A stretch of 54,544 bases of DNA. Origin: a virus. The stretch covers positions 1 to 54,544 of IMG/VR virus record IMGVR_UViG_3300045996_001382. One strand, given 5' to 3'. The notes beneath the pieces are model-generated. The model saw only the letters and a program-made list of their open reading frames with translations, did no database searches and was not told the DNA's origin. Within the stretch, counting starts at the first letter, position 1. Each line of letters opens with the position of its first letter. Below, piece after piece: positions 26,798-35,099 of the stretch. The position numbers and the translations under genes are program-made.

Positions 26798-27502
26798 TTA
26801 AGCATCTTCATTATCAGCGGCACGTGATGGACTAATGGTAAAATTGGATAAAGGGTTAATTTCTTCATTACCAATAACGGGACCATCGCCGAAGGGCAAT
26901 TCAGGGTCAGCAGGTGGCGCGTACTTATGATTAAGAATATACTCCTTAACCTCATACTTTAATATCTCCCCAAGTTGTAGCAAATCGCTAATGAATTTGT
27001 ATTCGCTGTCATTTTCTTTAACCGGAGGTGTTGGGCCTAAGCCAATCCACTTGTAAGTAGAAAGCCTTTTTTCACCAGTAAGCACGATGGATTCAATACC
27101 ATTGTTTTGTTTAAATTCAACAACTGATAAGCTAAACCGTTCCATGATATCTTCTGCCTTTTCCTCAGCACCATTAAGGTTAGGAATTTTTGGCGCACCT
27201 TTTTTGCTGCGGGCAGCTTTGATAGCCGGTACCAGTTCACCCATTTCCATGACCATATCTTCCGACCTTAAATCTTCTGGTATGCTATCAATGAACTGGT
27301 TGTTGGTAATTTCCTCACCAATCAGGGCCAGGTGTGGTTTAAAGTTAGCGAAGGCTGTGGCCAGGTCAATGTGAACAGGTGCGCTACAGCTTACGTTTGG
27401 GTGTGAACGTTCGTCAGAATCAGGTAGTAGCTCCTTGTACGAAACTTTTAAGAACATGCCACCATTGATGGCAACTTTGGTAATTACGATGTCTTTTTCC
27501 AT
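26798..27502 (-). CDS. Hypothetical protein
   Basis: 234-aa ORF with an acidic C-terminus. No motif recognised. Confidence 0.6.
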   Translation of the reverse strand: MEKDIVITKVAINGGMFLKVSYKELLPDSDERSHPNVSCSAPVHIDLATAFANFKPHLALIGEEITNNQFIDSIPEDLRSEDMVMEMGELVPAIKAARSKKGAPKIPNLNGAEEKAEDIMERFSLSVVEFKQNNGIESIVLTGEKRLSTYKWIGLGPTPPVKENDSEYKFISDLLQLGEILKYEVKEYILNHKYAPPADPELPFGDGPVIGNEEINPLSNFTISPSRAADNEDA

Positions 27503-27509
27503 TATATGT

Positions 27510-27758
27510 TTAATTAAAATAAAGTGAGTGAAGTGCTTTTGGCATTTTTCCCAAGCCTTTTTTAGTTGCTACCACCATTTCCCTTTCGTGTTCCGATTGA
27601 ATACGTGGTACTTTAATGCTACTCATAATACGGCCGTAACCGTTTCCATCAAGGGTAATGCCTCTTTGCTGTAACGTGTAATGCTTTGGGTATTCAAAGC
27701 GGATAATTCTTCTGCCGTTTTGTGAGAAGATGGTTTTTCTTTCAGGGTGATTGCTCAT
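27510..27758 (-). CDS. Hypothetical protein
   Basis: 82-aa ORF. Confidence 0.5.
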   Translation of the reverse strand: MSNHPERKTIFSQNGRRIIRFEYPKHYTLQQRGITLDGNGYGRIMSSIKVPRIQSEHEREMVVATKKGLGKMPKALHSLYFN

Positions 27759-27914
27759 AATTTTTAAATAAAAGTTTATAAAAAAGCCTCCGGCTGCTGT
27801 GCTTTACAAATCAAACCAAAGGGAGAGATTTCAGCAGCCATTGGCTATATTTTAAGAAGTAAATTTTGTGTGCATATTGTTTAATTTGTAAAGCGTGTTA
27901 AATATCGTTATTGG

Positions 27915-28583
27915 TTATAACAAAACCAAATTATTTTTACCGAATCCATCAAAAAGATACCAAAATTGAAATGCCAGCTCTGTAGCCTGTTGTTTACCAA
28001 TCTCCCAATACTTATCTCCGCGCGTAATTGGGATTTTAAAGATGCGCTTGTTAACCTTACTGATACCAATAAGCATATCCTTCTGGGTATTTTCCAAACT
28101 CATATAGATAAAGCGACTGCGAAAATAATTGAAGTGCGTGCAGGCATCTTCAAAGCCTTTTAATGTTGTGGCCGTGGTGGTTTTTATATCGGCACCTTGC
28201 TTTAAAAAAGGAACAAATATATCCCACCGGCAGCGCATCATTATCTCAAAAATAAAGTTATTCCAGTCAAACGATACCGGTCCGGAAGATGCCTTTTGGC
28301 AAACCGCAACTTTCATCATGGCCGCACAGGTAGGATCGGCATAAAATGCCCGTTTCATTTCACGCGCCAGATCAAATTCCGATTGAAGATAAACCTCACC
28401 TTCCAATGATCTTTTATACACGTTTACTTTTTCTGGTTCGGTTATAAAGGCATCCACTAAGCTGCCAAACCGCAAGGCTTCCGTATAGTCAGGGGTAAAT
28501 ATCCCAGGATTTAAAAGTTTATCAAGTTCAGACAGGTCGCTATTGCTGCACTCGGTTCTGGAATAATAGATGTCCTGGGCCAT
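27915..28583 (-). CDS. PD-(D/E)XK exonuclease (RecE/exonuclease VIII-like C-terminal domain family)
   Basis: GSLVDAFITEPEK early in the protein, then RCRWDIF...GADIKTT (D...D-x-K). Confidence 0.6.
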   Translation of the reverse strand: MAQDIYYSRTECSNSDLSELDKLLNPGIFTPDYTEALRFGSLVDAFITEPEKVNVYKRSLEGEVYLQSEFDLAREMKRAFYADPTCAAMMKVAVCQKASSGPVSFDWNNFIFEIMMRCRWDIFVPFLKQGADIKTTTATTLKGFEDACTHFNYFRSRFIYMSLENTQKDMLIGISKVNKRIFKIPITRGDKYWEIGKQQATELAFQFWYLFDGFGKNNLVLL

Positions 28584-28897
28584 TATTCAGCGCGTTTTAA
28601 GGCTTCATTCAAGCTGGTAACACCATTTAAAAACTCTCGTGGGTCTAACACCTCTACTTGAGACGTATTATCAACCGTTTTTTCAGATGTAATTAATACA
28701 GATGATATTACCTGAATTCCAGCATCTTTAAGCAATTGATGGCTTTCCATCATAGCTTCCAGTTCAGCGGGACCGCCACGCCATAATTCCCTATGAGTGG
28801 AAATTATTATGCTGTCTTTGTACCGGTTAATTTCTCCACGATCTTCAATCCTTATTTTAAGACCCCCCCAATAGATTTCTGAATAGTTCTGTAGCAT
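28583..28897 (-). CDS. Hypothetical protein
   Basis: 104-aa ORF with an ATGA overlap. Confidence 0.55.
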   Translation of the reverse strand: MLQNYSEIYWGGLKIRIEDRGEINRYKDSIIISTHRELWRGGPAELEAMMESHQLLKDAGIQVISSVLITSEKTVDNTSQVEVLDPREFLNGVTSLNEALKRAE

Positions 28898-28899
28898 AG

Positions 28900-29083
28900 C
28901 TATATTTCTAAAGTTGTTTGATTAGTCGGGCCCTGTCCATGTACAATTTCTTTAACCATATCATCGACCATTTTTTCAAGCATTTTGCTGTTTTGAAGAT
29001 CAGAAGGTTTACGGTCGCGGAAATAAGCCTTTTGTTTGTTACGCAAACATTTCTACCGTTTCGGCAAATGTTTTTATATCCAT
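28900..29083 (-). pseudogene. Small gene apparently split between two frames (or two mini-ORFs)
   Basis: The ATG at 29083 gives MDIKTFAETVEMFA-stop (TAA 29039-29041). The +1 frame continues from 29046 as (L)RNKQKAYFRDRKPSDLQNSKMLEKMVDDMVKEIVHGQGPTNQTTLEI to 28900. Confidence 0.3.
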
Positions 29084-29088
29084 GACTT

Positions 29089-29286
29089 TTATGAGTTTAT
29101 GCTTTCTAATAAGTAGTTCGCCAGCTTTTTAACATCTGACGCAGATAAATTGAACCTTGGGTTATTGCCCGATTTATTAGGTGAATCAATCTCTATTTGA
29201 ACTATGTTTGATGGTTTTCTCCTAACCTTTAAGGTGTCGCCATTTTCGGTGTGTTCAAGTGCGTGTAAATAAAAATCCAGAGGCAT
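29089..29286 (-). CDS. Hypothetical protein
   Basis: 65-aa ORF. Confidence 0.5.
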   Translation of the reverse strand: MPLDFYLHALEHTENGDTLKVRRKPSNIVQIEIDSPNKSGNNPRFNLSASDVKKLANYLLESINS

Positions 29287-29291
29287 AATTG

Positions 29292-30518
29292 TTATTTTTT
29301 GGTGATAGCTTTAACGTCAAGTTCATAAACCAGGTGGCCAGAATCAGCAATCTTTTCACCATTGTTATAAGCGACCGTTTCCAAATCTTTTTTCATGGCT
29401 TCCAGGCTTTTCTTGCCGATTTTATCAAGCGTAGTTTTTGCGCCAAATAATTTAAACCAAAGGTTAGCTATCTGCATCCATCCGGAAGAAGTCATTACCT
29501 TAATAACATAGAATTGTTTAACCGCCTGCGTAGTTTCCTGCATGATCTCGGCCGTAGCTATTTCATTATCAAAAAGGCTTTCAGCTTGGCCTACCTGGAT
29601 GTTATGCTCAACAGAACGGGAAGCCTTTAAAGACAATTCGTGTTCTTCCTGCTGTAATCTGGCTTTTTCCTGACGCTCACGTTCATCTGCCGCTTCCTGT
29701 AATCTTTTCTTCTCAGCTTTACCCGCCTTAGCCATTTCAACTAATTCCTGCTTACGTGCCGGTAGCTGCTCCAATAAATGATGCTTATGGTTCTCCATGT
29801 TGACTTTAAAATCAGCATTCAGTTCATCATAAAAAGACATTTTAGTGTCGTAAATAAGTGGTGCTAATTCTTCCGCTGCAACATACATTGGCGTAATAGC
29901 AACAGATATCAATTCAAATTTATCACGGGGATAAAAGGTAGGCATGGTGCTGATCTGAGTTTTAATGTCAGCTTCTTTGGCCACATCATCGAAAGTGTTA
30001 AAGATATCAATGTACTTTTGTTTAGCGCCTATTAGGGCCTGGTTATAACGTTCGCGCACTTTTGATTCTACCATGGCTTTAATCTGTATGGCTTCTTCGG
30101 AAGCTTTGCGTTTACGTTCCTCGGCACGTATTTTTTCCTGACGCTTGGCTTCTTCCTTACGGGCCAGTTCATTACGGTGTGCCTGTATTTTAAAAGGGAT
30201 GGTACCGGGAGTATCTTTATCAAGCGCATTCTCTAACCGGGTAAACTCTTTGGCCACTGCAGTAAGCATCTGGGTAATGGGCTTGCGCTTATCATTCATT
30301 ATTTTAACCGCGGCAGCACAGTTAGCCATGTACTTATTACAATCTTCGTCGATTTCGGGCGTCATTTCACCTTCACCTTCGATGGTATCAAGTAAGGTTT
30401 GGCCTTTATCAATGGCTTTTGCCAAAAGGCTGGTGTTCTTTTCCAATATGGCAGGCGCATTTGCCGCGATGGCCGGCAGCTCCTGGAACTGCACTAAACC
30501 GGTGTTTTCTTCTGACAT
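29292..30518 (-). CDS. Hypothetical coiled-coil protein
   Basis: 408-aa ORF with long K/E/R/A-rich heptad-like stretches. Confidence 0.65.
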   Translation of the reverse strand: MSEENTGLVQFQELPAIAANAPAILEKNTSLLAKAIDKGQTLLDTIEGEGEMTPEIDEDCNKYMANCAAAVKIMNDKRKPITQMLTAVAKEFTRLENALDKDTPGTIPFKIQAHRNELARKEEAKRQEKIRAEERKRKASEEAIQIKAMVESKVRERYNQALIGAKQKYIDIFNTFDDVAKEADIKTQISTMPTFYPRDKFELISVAITPMYVAAEELAPLIYDTKMSFYDELNADFKVNMENHKHHLLEQLPARKQELVEMAKAGKAEKKRLQEAADERERQEKARLQQEEHELSLKASRSVEHNIQVGQAESLFDNEIATAEIMQETTQAVKQFYVIKVMTSSGWMQIANLWFKLFGAKTTLDKIGKKSLEAMKKDLETVAYNNGEKIADSGHLVYELDVKAITKK

Positions 30519-30782
30519 TTATAACTCAGCAAATTGTTTTTCTAATTCATCGATCCTTTTATGTACGGAGTCAATGTACATTTCCAATGTTTTACGAATT
30601 GGAAGTAGCATGAATTCATCACGCAGGGTTACTTTAATTGCCTGACTAGAATTAAAAATCATCGGAACATAATTTTCTATCCCTGACTTGGGCTTGGAAT
30701 TAATTATTTCCATTTTATGAGCAATTAAGTCGTCAATTTCCTTCCTAATTGCTTTTGCGGTGTTTAGTTTATCGATATCCAT
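30519..30782 (-). CDS. Hypothetical protein
   Basis: 87-aa ORF abutting the next gene. Confidence 0.55.
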   Translation of the reverse strand: MDIDKLNTAKAIRKEIDDLIAHKMEIINSKPKSGIENYVPMIFNSSQAIKVTLRDEFMLLPIRKTLEMYIDSVHKRIDELEKQFAEL

Positions 30783-30787
30783 ATATC

Positions 30788-31759
30788 CTAATTATTAAAA
30801 AGGTCATTTTCATCATCTGTAGCATCAATCTGCACAGATTCTTTAACTTCTGGCGCTTCCTGTACCGCTTCGGTAAAACCATCTTTTACTTCCTCGGCCA
30901 CTTCCACATCTTCATGCTCGGTATCAATTACATCATCCATATAATCTGAATTGATAGTAACAGCAGCATCGTTATCCGGTACAAAACCGTTTGGTGATGA
31001 ATAGGCAAAGTCAACCCGTTTGTAACCCTTGAAGGAATGTAAAAGGGTTTTGGCTTTTAAGAAACCTTCGTCAATCTGTTTGTCCGGACCGGATGTGTAA
31101 AGAGCGTTCGCGCTGCCTTTATTCTTTTTGGCGCTGGCTGCTTGCCACCTGGCGATATCGGTCTGATCAAAAGTTTTAAACACTACAGTTCCATCGGGTT
31201 CAACCAGACGAACAAACGAACCGATAATTTTGGTAGATTTCTTTTCGGCTTCTTCCCACTTAACCTTTTTCTGGCCGGTATCGGTATCCATCCATACTTT
31301 ATACACATCGCCTTCATGCACGATATAGGGGTCGCCTACGGACTTTAATATGCCGCTGTTAATGCGGACTTCTTTTTCACCATAAGGCGTAGGTTGAGCC
31401 ACGCATTCTTTTATCCAATTATCCGGTTTGCCTTTACCGCCAATGTTGCGATTACCAGGTATAAGATAAATCTGAGCATCCTTACCATTGTCAAATGACA
31501 GGCGAAGTGCGCCAGCTTTCATGAAAGCAGTATAAATACTCATTGGTGTACATGAACTAAGCTCAGGCGATTGGCTAACTATCTTAGAGAAGTTATCTTT
31601 TTCGCGCTCATAGTAGCGATTGGCTTCCTGCTCAGGCATTTTATACATGAGCATCATTTTATTGATCACCTGGTTCTTCACGGCCGGGTCATGAGCGATA
31701 GCCACCGGTCGAAGTCCGTCAATGTGGCTTTTGGTTACTTGCATTGGTTTTTTTTCCAT
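30788..31759 (-). CDS. RecT-like single-strand annealing recombinase
   Basis: ORF-track frame 30788..31822. The ATG at 31759 (MEKKPMQV...) is preferred. The core SCTPMSIYTAFMKAGALRLSFDNGKDAQIYLIPG resembles the RecT family. Confidence 0.55.
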   Translation of the reverse strand: MEKKPMQVTKSHIDGLRPVAIAHDPAVKNQVINKMMLMYKMPEQEANRYYEREKDNFSKIVSQSPELSSCTPMSIYTAFMKAGALRLSFDNGKDAQIYLIPGNRNIGGKGKPDNWIKECVAQPTPYGEKEVRINSGILKSVGDPYIVHEGDVYKVWMDTDTGQKKVKWEEAEKKSTKIIGSFVRLVEPDGTVVFKTFDQTDIARWQAASAKKNKGSANALYTSGPDKQIDEGFLKAKTLLHSFKGYKRVDFAYSSPNGFVPDNDAAVTINSDYMDDVIDTEHEDVEVAEEVKDGFTEAVQEAPEVKESVQIDATDDENDLFNN

Positions 31760-31778
31760 GTTATTATATAATAAATTG

Positions 31779-32015
31779 TTAAGCAATTGGGTTACCATCG
31801 TAGTCCAATCCAAATAAACCATTGGTGGCCAATCTGGTGTCTACAATATCTCTAAGGTCAACCTCACCTTTTTTCTTTTCAACAACTTTAAAAAGTTGCA
31901 ATATTAGTTCGGTTGTAACAGAATCGGCTTTAATTCCAGCGCCGTTTAACACCATTTTATACCATCCAGCAGTGTCAATTTTTTCTACTTTCATTTCTTT
32001 TTTTCCTCCGTCCAA
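31779..32015 (-). CDS. Hypothetical protein
   Basis: 78-aa ORF. Confidence 0.5.
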   Translation of the reverse strand: MDGGKKEMKVEKIDTAGWYKMVLNGAGIKADSVTTELILQLFKVVEKKKGEVDLRDIVDTRLATNGLFGLDYDGNPIA

Positions 32016-32149
32016 ATTTTAATGGTGCCGGCAACGGTATATTCAGATTCAATTACACCCTCTAATGCTCTTGAAAATTCCTCAATATCTTCATATTGAA
32101 GATTTCGCTGCCCACCGATATATAAATATTCTATGTGGTAAACCTTCAT
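31991..32149 (-). CDS. Hypothetical protein
   Basis: ORF-track frame 31991..32200. The ATG at 32149 (MKVYHIEY...) makes an ATGA overlap with the upstream gene. Confidence 0.45.
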   Translation of the reverse strand: MKVYHIEYLYIGGQRNLQYEDIEEFSRALEGVIESEYTVAGTIKIWTEEKKK

Positions 32150-32337
32150 GAAATAATTAAAAGTAAAACACCTGCAAGAAATCCAACAAAGATTATCCAC
32201 TCAATTACATGGAAAGTCCTTTTAAACTTAGGTGGTTTACGGAATGTGTTTAGCGGCTTCTGATTAAACTTATTAGCTAATTGTACCTCACGTTCACGCC
32301 TGGCGTTATCGTTGGCTATGTATTGAAAGTATTGCAT
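32146..32337 (-). CDS. Hypothetical membrane protein
   Basis: 63-aa ORF with a C-terminal TM helix. Confidence 0.5.
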   Translation of the reverse strand: MQYFQYIANDNARREREVQLANKFNQKPLNTFRKPPKFKRTFHVIEWIIFVGFLAGVLLLIIS

Positions 32338-32338
32338 G

Positions 32339-32512
32339 TTAAACCTCGTCTCTTAAAAAGAATGAAAAGAATCCAATTAATAAAAATGTCAGGCTTAGAT
32401 TCAGCCATATTTCACCACCAAACCAAATTAGTATCAAGGCCGATACAATAAATCCAGCTATGCAGATTAATAACACTATGTTCATTAATCTTATAAAATC
32501 AAATTTATCCAT
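32339..32512 (-). CDS. Hypothetical 57-aa two-TM membrane peptide
   Basis: Hand-found ORF MDKFDFIRLMNIVLLICIAGFIVSALILIWFGGEIWLNLSLTFLLIGFFSFFLRDEV. Confidence 0.4.
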   Translation of the reverse strand: MDKFDFIRLMNIVLLICIAGFIVSALILIWFGGEIWLNLSLTFLLIGFFSFFLRDEV

Positions 32513-32759
32513 TTGCTATAGAATTAAGTTCGATTTGTTTCTTGATCAGGGCCGTCATTAACATAGTCACTGAATTGTAGTCATGAATATGACCAACTAT
32601 TTGATAAACTTCGCAATTTGAAAAGTCTAGCATATATTTATTACCATACCAAACGAATATTATAAAAGTTTCCAGGTTAGAATCTATCGATTTAACCGTT
32701 TCAAAATAAGGAATGCAATTGCTTAATATCTCAACTGCATGAGCGTGGTTTTTGATCAT
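32505..32759 (-). CDS. Hypothetical protein
   Basis: 84-aa ORF, the first gene of the minus-strand block. Confidence 0.5.
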   Translation of the reverse strand: MIKNHAHAVEILSNCIPYFETVKSIDSNLETFIIFVWYGNKYMLDFSNCEVYQIVGHIHDYNSVTMLMTALIKKQIELNSIANG

Positions 32760-32892
32760 ATTTTCAGAAGTTTTAATTTTTAATACTTTTTATATTCTGG
32801 GAGTATCGAAACCGCCAGCATTTCAAACGATACACCGCTTTTACAACGTTACTATTAAACGGCTGAGGCTTTACTCCCAGAATATATTAATG

Positions 32893-33206
32893 TGGAGGTG
32901 GAGGGGGTCGAACCCTCGTCCAGTTGTGTCAGTTAATTAATAATTTTGTTACAAGCTTCTATTCGCACTATTGGGGCTTCCGGTTACGGTAGCTGTTCCA
33001 CCAATCCATTTTACAGTTGGATAACTGCCAATGTATTAAGCTGCTAATTTAGCAGAAACATTGCGATTGAACATAGATACTACTTTAGCACCTAAAGTTC
33101 CAACTAAAGAGTTGTCGTTTGCTGTTTGATACACATTTACAAGTATAGTATCATCCTTGGCTTGTTATTAATCACTTTAATCACCCTGTCAATTCCATGC
33201 ACCCCC
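32893..33206 (-). ncRNA. ssrA: tmRNA (transfer-messenger RNA), 314 nt, with 28-codon tag ORF at 33122..33036
   Basis: The 5' GGGGGUG pairs with the 3' CACCUCC, including G3:U70, followed by discriminator A. T arm is GAGGG-UUCGACC-CCCUC. The 5' GGGGGTGCATGGAATTGACAGGG resembles the canonical tmRNA 5' end. The internal frame GCA AAC GAC ... TTA GCA GCT TAA TA encodes ANDNSLVGTLGAKVVSMFNRNVSAKLAA. Confidence 0.85.
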
Positions 33207-33226
33207 AAGTGTTTTTTAATTTTTAA

Positions 33227-33255
33227 AAAGTGGCCAACCTCGCGCCGGCCACTTT
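33227..33255 (-). other. GC-rich hairpin plus U-run 20 nt upstream of the tmRNA 5' end
   Basis: The minus strand reads AAAGTGGCC-ggcgcgaggtt-GGCCACTTT followed by TTAAAAATT. Confidence 0.5.
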
Positions 33256-33421
33256 CAACCTTAAACCTTATCACAATTTATGAACCAATTAATGTTGGTT
33301 GCATGTCTCAAAGTAAAGCAATAAATAAATAGCATCCAAATATTATTTTCATTTTTATTTCTTTTTTTATTTCAGTAATTGAAAAACATTTCTTAACATT
33401 GCTCATATTAAATATAAAAAC

Positions 33422-33640
33422 ATGATAAGATTATCGCAAAACGTACTTGACGAATTAAGAAAAAACTCAGCATTTAGGCTTAGGGTTCAGGGCACCATAT
33501 CGGCTTCTCATAATACTATGATGAAGTATATTGATGAAAATGATATAAGGTTAACCGCCCTGGACGCGGTTAATGTAATAACTGATCACATGCAGCTTCC
33601 GCTTAGTAAGGTTATTACCGGTGGTAAACTTAGCACGTAA
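33422..33640 (+). CDS. Hypothetical protein
   Basis: 72-aa ORF, the first gene of the plus-strand accessory block. Confidence 0.5.
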   Translation: MIRLSQNVLDELRKNSAFRLRVQGTISASHNTMMKYIDENDIRLTALDAVNVITDHMQLPLSKVITGGKLST

Positions 33641-33667
33641 GCTTGGAGGCTATTAAAATAAAAGAAG

Positions 33668-34183
33668 ATGAAAAATACACTAGAGAATAAAGCAAGGTTT
33701 TTTGCACAGTATTGGGGCATTGGATTGCTATGGCATACACAAATGGAAAATCAGTATGCTGATATAGCCGACTTGATCAAAAGACGGAATGAAGTTAATG
33801 AGGTGTTTCATGGCAATCCCGACCCCGAATTGACCTTTTGGCAACTACCATTACGCCCCCTATCATCAATAACAGATGAGGAAGCTATCGATTGCGCTTT
33901 TATAGCCGTAAACACTAGCGGATATCTATGTAAAAGCAGAAGTCAATATTTAAAAATTGAGCGAATAGAGCAGGTTATTAAAGTACACATTGAGGGCGTT
34001 ATTGTAGAAATATTAACAGGTATAGGCTTAATAGCGGTACTAAGAAATGATAATTCGTTTGTTGGATACTTACCTACCGCATTCGAGCCATATCAGCACT
34101 TACAGTCAATTGCAATAGCCCTGCCATACCACAATCTAAGCGTAGAACAACTAATAGAATACGGCTGGGTAAAGCTTAACTAA
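33668..34183 (+). CDS. Hypothetical protein
   Basis: 171-aa ORF. Confidence 0.6.
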   Translation: MKNTLENKARFFAQYWGIGLLWHTQMENQYADIADLIKRRNEVNEVFHGNPDPELTFWQLPLRPLSSITDEEAIDCAFIAVNTSGYLCKSRSQYLKIERIEQVIKVHIEGVIVEILTGIGLIAVLRNDNSFVGYLPTAFEPYQHLQSIAIALPYHNLSVEQLIEYGWVKLN

Positions 34184-34222
34184 ACCACCTTAAACAAATA
34201 GAGGGTAAATAAAAGTAAAATT

Positions 34223-34432
34223 ATGAAAGTTAAAGATTTGAGAAAAGCACTTAAGGGCGTAAATGGCAATATGGATGTTTATACCAAAGACCACGACCAT
34301 AGTGAATACGAAACCAACGGCCTTGCGGGATATGCGGAAGTTGTTAATCAGAAAAATATGGATGAATACGAAAAAGAAAGGCTTGACCCGTGCTTTAAAA
34401 TCAAGGGAAATTATTTCGTTGTATCGGTTTAA
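34223..34432 (+). CDS. Hypothetical protein
   Basis: 69-aa ORF, co-directional with the block. Preferred over the overlapping minus-strand and alternative-frame ORFs. Confidence 0.5.
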   Translation: MKVKDLRKALKGVNGNMDVYTKDHDHSEYETNGLAGYAEVVNQKNMDEYEKERLDPCFKIKGNYFVVSV

Positions 34433-34480
34433 CACCCCGAACTATTAACTCCAAAGTCATAACCATAACCAATAGGAGAT

Positions 34481-34705
34481 ATGAAAAATCTATACCACAC
34501 AAAAGACAAAGTATTTTCAATAGTTGATGTACAACACTTGGAATTACAATTTAATAAAGGACAGCCAAATGGTGCATTTTTAATAACTAAAAACACCAAC
34601 TACAATTTTGATAAAGATATGTGGGATAACCCGATTTACCTATATCAAGACGAGGTCGAAAACTTTATTACAGTTTGGGAAACATACAAATCACTTGCCC
34701 TCTAA
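34481..34705 (+). CDS. Hypothetical protein
   Basis: 74-aa ORF. Confidence 0.5.
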   Translation: MKNLYHTKDKVFSIVDVQHLELQFNKGQPNGAFLITKNTNYNFDKDMWDNPIYLYQDEVENFITVWETYKSLAL

Positions 34706-34734
34706 AGTAAAACCAGGGGAAAATACAAACGATT

Positions 34735-34893
34735 ATGAGCGAAGAACCACAATGCCCGAATTGTAATATTGATTTACAATGGACGAATATATCAGATGCG
34801 CCTAGCGGCGATGTTACAATGGATGTATCGTGTAACTACTGCCCACAATGCCTCTATGTTGGCGACCAAATAATAACGCTTAGTCACGCTTAA
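34735..34893 (+). CDS. Zinc-ribbon protein, 52 aa
   Basis: Hand-found ORF with CPNC...CNYCPQC (MSEEPQCPNCNIDLQWTNISDAPSGDVTMDVSCNYCPQCLYVGDQIITLSHA). Confidence 0.45.
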   Translation: MSEEPQCPNCNIDLQWTNISDAPSGDVTMDVSCNYCPQCLYVGDQIITLSHA

Positions 34894-34904
34894 CTCATTG
34901 GGTT

Positions 34905-35099
34905 ATGAAAAGTATTAGATGGATTTGCAAAAGCACCGATAGGCATACGTCTAAAGAAAGCTATAGTGAACACACACTAGCCTTTACAAGAAAGGGGAGT
35001 ATATCAGCCTGTTTGGGCGAAAGTTCATACAGTTGGGCGCAGGTTAAAAGGTTTGGATGGAAGTGTGTAAAAGTTGAAGTAACAATAACCGAAATATAA
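34905..35099 (+). CDS. Hypothetical protein
   Basis: 64-aa ORF. Confidence 0.45.
   Translation: MKSIRWICKSTDRHTSKESYSEHTLAFTRKGSISACLGESSYSWAQVKRFGWKCVKVEVTITEI

Noticed and set aside
27780-27870. Long-range inverted repeat GGCTGCTG...CAGCAGCC after gene 27915..28583 as a terminator
   Set aside because: The loop is about 32 nt, and the T-run is separated from the stem by 6 nt. It may be a structured element, but support is too weak to annotate.
30145-30645. 166-aa plus-strand ORF
   Set aside because: It is antisense shadow of the 408-aa coiled-coil gene. Its composition is Ser/Leu/Ala-rich, typical of reverse-read K/E/A-rich genes, and it breaks the coupled minus-strand string.
32893-33206. 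The tmRNA-like sequence as an attP remnant (many integrative elements target the 3' end of ssrA)
   Set aside because: An att fragment would carry only the 3' tRNA-like part. Here the 5' acceptor strand, the tag ORF and the 3' T-arm/acceptor are all present and complementary. No integrase gene exists in the genome.
32752-33332. Track ORFs 32752..32940 (+) and 33126..33332 (+)
   Set aside because: They overlap the two ends of the minus-strand tmRNA, have odd composition and have no coupled neighbours. They are better explained as chance ORFs across an RNA gene.
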